Origin: an uncultured delta proteobacterium | Lineage (GTDB): Bacteria > Desulfobacterota > Syntrophia > Syntrophales > UBA5619 | Reading direction: 5' to 3' | NCBI GenBank assembly: GCA_963817385.1 | Contig: CAWFOM010000009.1 | Coordinates: 66,773-130,772, forward strand | Length of the DNA stretch: 64,000 nt | Part shown: positions 60,726 to 64,000 of the stretch, piece after piece | Numbering within the stretch: the stretch's first letter is position 1 | Layout of the letters: each line of letters starts with the position of its first letter | Made by a program: the position numbers and the translations under genes | The notes under the pieces: model-generated | Databases searched by the model: none | What the model was told of the DNA's origin: nothing | The model's input: only the letters and a program-made list of their open reading frames with translations

Positions 60726-61730
60726 TCAGCCCTTCGTCTTCGTCTCCGGCACGACCAGGGTCCGACCCGTACTTTTCCCCTTCAGGATGACCTGGATCAC
60801 GTCGTCCAGATCGTCGAGCGTGATCGTTTTGACCAGCCGCTCCAGGCGGGCGGGTTTCCACGGGCCGGCGAGCTTCTCCCACACCTGGAGGCGCACATCC
60901 ATCGGACACTGGACCGAATCGGTCCCGAGGAGCTTGATCCCCCGGAGGATGAAGGGAAAGACGCTGGTGGAAATCGCCCCGCCGCCTACCATCCCGCAGT
61001 TGGCGATGACACCCAGGTAACGGATCGACTTGATCACGTTCTCGAGGGTCCTCCCGCCCACCGTGTCGTAAGCGCCGGCCCACTGCTCCTTGAGCATCGC
61101 CTTGGGGGATTCGGTGTTGAGGGTCTCCCAGGAGATCACCTCGGCGGCGCCGATCTCCTTGAGGTAGTCCGTTTGCGCCAGGTCGCTCGCCGCCGTGACC
61201 TGGAAGCCGAGCTTCGCGAGGATCGAGACCGCCACGCTCCCCACGCCGCCCGCGGCGCCGGTGACGAGGACCGGCCCCTTCCCAGGTGCAAGGCCGTTGT
61301 GGAGCATGTGCCGGATGCCGAGCGCGGCGGTGAAGCCGGCCGTCCCCAGGATCATCGACTCCCGGAGATCGAGTCTCTTGGGCAGCGGGACCACCCAGCC
61401 CGCAGGGACGCGGCAGTACTCGGCGTATCCGCCGTCCGTGTCCATCCCCAGGTCATAGCCCGTCACGAGGACCTTCTCGCCGGGCTTGAACGCCCCCGCC
61501 GCGGACTCAGCGACACTGCCGGCCGCATCGATCCCCGGGATGTGGGGATACTTTCGGGTCACCCCGGGATTCCCCGTGGCGGAGAGAGCGTCCTTGTAGT
61601 TGAGCGACGAATAGTCGACTTTGATCAGGACATCCCCGGGCGGCAGCGCGTCGAACGGCAGCTTCACGATCCGTCCCCGGAACCCCTCCCCCTCCCGAAC
61701 CACCTGATAGGCGTAAAACGATCCATCCAT
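60726..61730 (-). CDS. YhdH/AcuI family NADPH quinone oxidoreductase / acryloyl-CoA reductase
   Basis: YSSLNYKD; GTAGFTA; VTGAAGGVGS; PFILRG. Confidence 0.9.
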   Translation of the reverse strand: MDGSFYAYQVVREGEGFRGRIVKLPFDALPPGDVLIKVDYSSLNYKDALSATGNPGVTRKYPHIPGIDAAGSVAESAAGAFKPGEKVLVTGYDLGMDTDGGYAEYCRVPAGWVVPLPKRLDLRESMILGTAGFTAALGIRHMLHNGLAPGKGPVLVTGAAGGVGSVAVSILAKLGFQVTAASDLAQTDYLKEIGAAEVISWETLNTESPKAMLKEQWAGAYDTVGGRTLENVIKSIRYLGVIANCGMVGGGAISTSVFPFILRGIKLLGTDSVQCPMDVRLQVWEKLAGPWKPARLERLVKTITLDDLDDVIQVILKGKSTGRTLVVPETKTKG

Positions 61731-61766
61731 ACCTGCTCCCTCCTGTCCATTCAAAGAGATCGCTGC

Positions 61767-62708
61767 CTAATCTACTTTACCCGGTTGTCCGCCTGCCTCG
61801 CTGAGACGTTTCTTTGCAGGCCGGCAGTGGTACAGCTCTTCGTCCTCCCTGACCATGAAGCGTTCCCTTTCGCACACAGCCTTTTCGAACCGTAATTCAG
61901 CCGTCGAGAACAGATCGGTGCTTTCGGCCTTCAAGTACCGCGCCGCCATACGGCAGTATTCCGGATCGATTTCCACGCCGATGCTGTTGCGTCCATATCT
62001 CAAGGCGGCGACCATCGTAGTTCCGGAGCCGCAAAAGGGATCCAGAACAGTGTCTCCCGTAAACGAAAACATCCGAACCAGGCGCACCGCAAGTTCCAGC
62101 GGATATGGCGCAGGGTGGTTCTTCAGAGAAGCTCCGGGGATGTTCCATATCTGCTGGAACCATTTGCCGAAGTTCTGTTTTTCAATCATGCTCTTTTGCC
62201 GCTGTAAATCCGTCGGCTTGCGGTATCCCCCCGGTTTCCTCTGCATCAAAATGAATTCCATATCGTTTTTGATAATGGCATTCGGTTCGTAGGGCTTCCC
62301 GAGAAACTTCGATCCGTTAGGCACCTCATAAGAGGCATTGGAGATTTTGTGCCAGACGATCGGATTGAGATTGTCAAATCCGATCCTCCGACACAGGACG
62401 CAGATATCCGCATGGAGGGGAAAGACCAGATGACGCCCAAAGTCACGTCTGGCAACACAGACGTCCCCGACGACGCAAACGAGCCGTCCTCCCGGTACGA
62501 GCACTCGGAAGATATGCCGCCAGACCTTGTCCAGTTCGGCAAGAAATGACTCGTAATCCTGGATATGGCCCAGTTGATCGGGATTCTCGTTGTAACGCTT
62601 GAGGTTCCAGTATGGTGGGGAGGTAACGACCAGATGAACCGATTCGTCATTCAGGAAAGACAAGTCCCGGGCGTCGCCGTTGATGAGTCTGTGAATTGTT
62701 GGCGTCAT
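61767..62708 (-). CDS. Beta-class amino DNA methyltransferase (likely m4C)
   Basis: Motif IV TSPPY precedes motif I DPFCGSGTT; HPAPYP. Confidence 0.9.
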   Translation of the reverse strand: MTPTIHRLINGDARDLSFLNDESVHLVVTSPPYWNLKRYNENPDQLGHIQDYESFLAELDKVWRHIFRVLVPGGRLVCVVGDVCVARRDFGRHLVFPLHADICVLCRRIGFDNLNPIVWHKISNASYEVPNGSKFLGKPYEPNAIIKNDMEFILMQRKPGGYRKPTDLQRQKSMIEKQNFGKWFQQIWNIPGASLKNHPAPYPLELAVRLVRMFSFTGDTVLDPFCGSGTTMVAALRYGRNSIGVEIDPEYCRMAARYLKAESTDLFSTAELRFEKAVCERERFMVREDEELYHCRPAKKRLSEAGGQPGKVD

Positions 62709-62712
62709 TGGC

Positions 62713-63453
62713 TTACACAAAGGTCCTTACATGTGACACCAGCATCCTCGCAAACCGATCCATCGAGAGATCGGGGGCCGGTTCTGTGTACGTGCCCGTA
62801 GTACCCTCAGAGCTGGCGGAGGTGATGAATGCCGCAGCGGTATAATGACGTTCCAACACAAGCTTTCGACAGAACAGTTCATACCGTTTCATATACGAGG
62901 CCCCCGCATACTCCGGAAACACCTTGAAGTGGGGTTCCTTGACGCCGACCGGCTTGTTGGATGCCGCACAATCTTCAAGCATGAAGAAGTATCCGAGAAA
63001 TGGCTGCGGGCTATCAAGGTATGCCCGCTCACGGAAAGCGGTCCATAGATCCAGTGCGCTCCCCATAGCCTCCTCGGTGCGATTATTGAAATTGTTGCCA
63101 AACGAGGGACCGACTTGAGATTTCGCCTCAATTGCTGCAATCAGCATCCGGTCTTTCACGACCAACAAATCCCATTCCTTTGTTGGCCTGAAGAAACCGG
63201 GCAGTTCGACAGCCCGCTCCCGAAAGATACATTGCTCCGGCATACCCACAGCCCGAGTGAGCTCCGTTAAAAGATCTATGACTCCGTCCATTTGCGCGCC
63301 GCCGGTGACAGCGCTGCGCAAACCCTGATCCGCCTTACCGCCCTCTTCCTGTTTTTGCCTCTGTTGGGTACGCGATCGCCAATAGTATGCAACAGCTTGT
63401 TTTGTTCGCTCAGACAGGTTCTGCATGATTTGATCCGTAGTCCGGCTTGCCAT
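62713..63453 (-). CDS. PaeR7I/XhoI-family type II restriction endonuclease
   Basis: RSAVTGG; LPGFFRPTKEWDL; EAKSQVGPSFGNNFNNRTEEA. Confidence 0.85.
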   Translation of the reverse strand: MASRTTDQIMQNLSERTKQAVAYYWRSRTQQRQKQEEGGKADQGLRSAVTGGAQMDGVIDLLTELTRAVGMPEQCIFRERAVELPGFFRPTKEWDLLVVKDRMLIAAIEAKSQVGPSFGNNFNNRTEEAMGSALDLWTAFRERAYLDSPQPFLGYFFMLEDCAASNKPVGVKEPHFKVFPEYAGASYMKRYELFCRKLVLERHYTAAAFITSASSEGTTGTYTEPAPDLSMDRFARMLVSHVRTFV

Positions 63454-63602
63454 AAATGAAGTCCTGATTTTCAATCGATTGGGAAATGGAACCGGTTTTT
63501 TCATATACCGGCAGGAGGGAAAAAGCAATGGAGAAGAATCCCGGGGCCTCCGGAAATTCCCCTTGACACCGACAATGGGCTGTAATAAAGATGACTCATA
63601 TC

Positions 63603-63759
63603 CCTGCGGGTCGCCCTTTCGGGCGACAGGGAAGACGGTGCGAGTCCGTCGCGGTCCCGCCGCTGTAACCGGGGACAAAGGCCGCTCGACGTCACTGTTC
63701 ATGGGAATGGGAAGGCGCGGCCGGAGGAAGATCCGGAAGCCAGAAGACCTGCCCGCAGG
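63603..63759 (+). ncRNA. Cobalamin riboswitch
   Basis: P1 CCTGCGGG/CCCGCAGG; AGGGAA..GGTGCGAGTCC; CCCGCCGCTGTAA; CACTG..GGGAAGG; B12 box AGCCAGAAGACCTGCC. Confidence 0.93.
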
Positions 63760-63829
63760 CTGTCCTGTATTGTATGGCCCTCGCGGAGAGGGGTCGCGGA
63801 TCGGAAACGGATTGAGGATGAAATACGGC

Positions 63830-63866
63830 ATCCCCACGTCGGAAGGCGCGGGGATTTTTTTATTTT
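63830..63866 (+). terminator. Intrinsic terminator (riboswitch expression platform)
   Basis: ATCCCC..GGAA..GGGGAT stem followed by a T-run. Confidence 0.7.
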
Positions 63867-63877
63867 GGGGAACTGAG

Positions 63878-64000
63878 ATGGCGCAGAGATTGATTCTCAT
63901 TCGGCACGGCGAGCTGGGCGAGGGATGCCGCGGCCGCTACATCGGCCGGACGGACGCGCCGCTCTCCCCGAGGGGCGGCACCAGGCGGCGGCCCTGGCCA
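63878..64000 (+). CDS. Histidine phosphatase family protein (CobC-like), 3'-partial
   Basis: LILIRHGE...YIGRTDAPLS; directly downstream of the B12 riboswitch. Confidence 0.75.
   Translation, partial: MAQRLILIRHGELGEGCRGRYIGRTDAPLSPRGGTRRRPWP

Noticed and set aside
63454..63900. N-terminal extension of the restriction endonuclease ORF
   Set aside because: Runs antisense through the cobalamin riboswitch; the real start is probably near 63453.

Overview
GC-rich bacterial chromosomal window, probably from a Desulfobacterota/Syntrophales-like organism (inferred from gene style and content, not proven). From left to right it holds: a housekeeping and DNA-repair block (otnK, queG-like, alkD, mug, uvrA, two parvulin PPIases, mfd, moeA); tRNA-Sec (selC) followed by a 4.7-kb integrase-less island that ends in a 68-bp duplication of the selC 3' half and carries toxin-antitoxin, AbiE-like and Fic genes and remnants; a divergent pair of paralogous secreted proteins; mscL, garR-like and osmC-like genes; a respiratory region (MenA-like, A2-type cox operon, cytochrome c, Cys-type Tat-exported formate dehydrogenase operon, cydAB, ubiE/menG, UbiA-like, petABC); an integron-type cassette array with no visible intI (CALIN) and three HEPN-like cassettes; a PaeR7I-family restriction-modification pair; and a cobalamin riboswitch ahead of a cobC-like gene. 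The best candidate for a novel system is the right-hand secreted protein (23800-25443). It has an in-frame UGA exactly at the first residue after the predicted signal peptide and a SECIS-like hairpin 11 nt downstream, so it may be an exported selenoprotein, and its divergent paralog carries a thioredoxin-like head. Many genes have single-base frameshifts, most likely sequencing or assembly errors, so disrupted genes need read-level confirmation.
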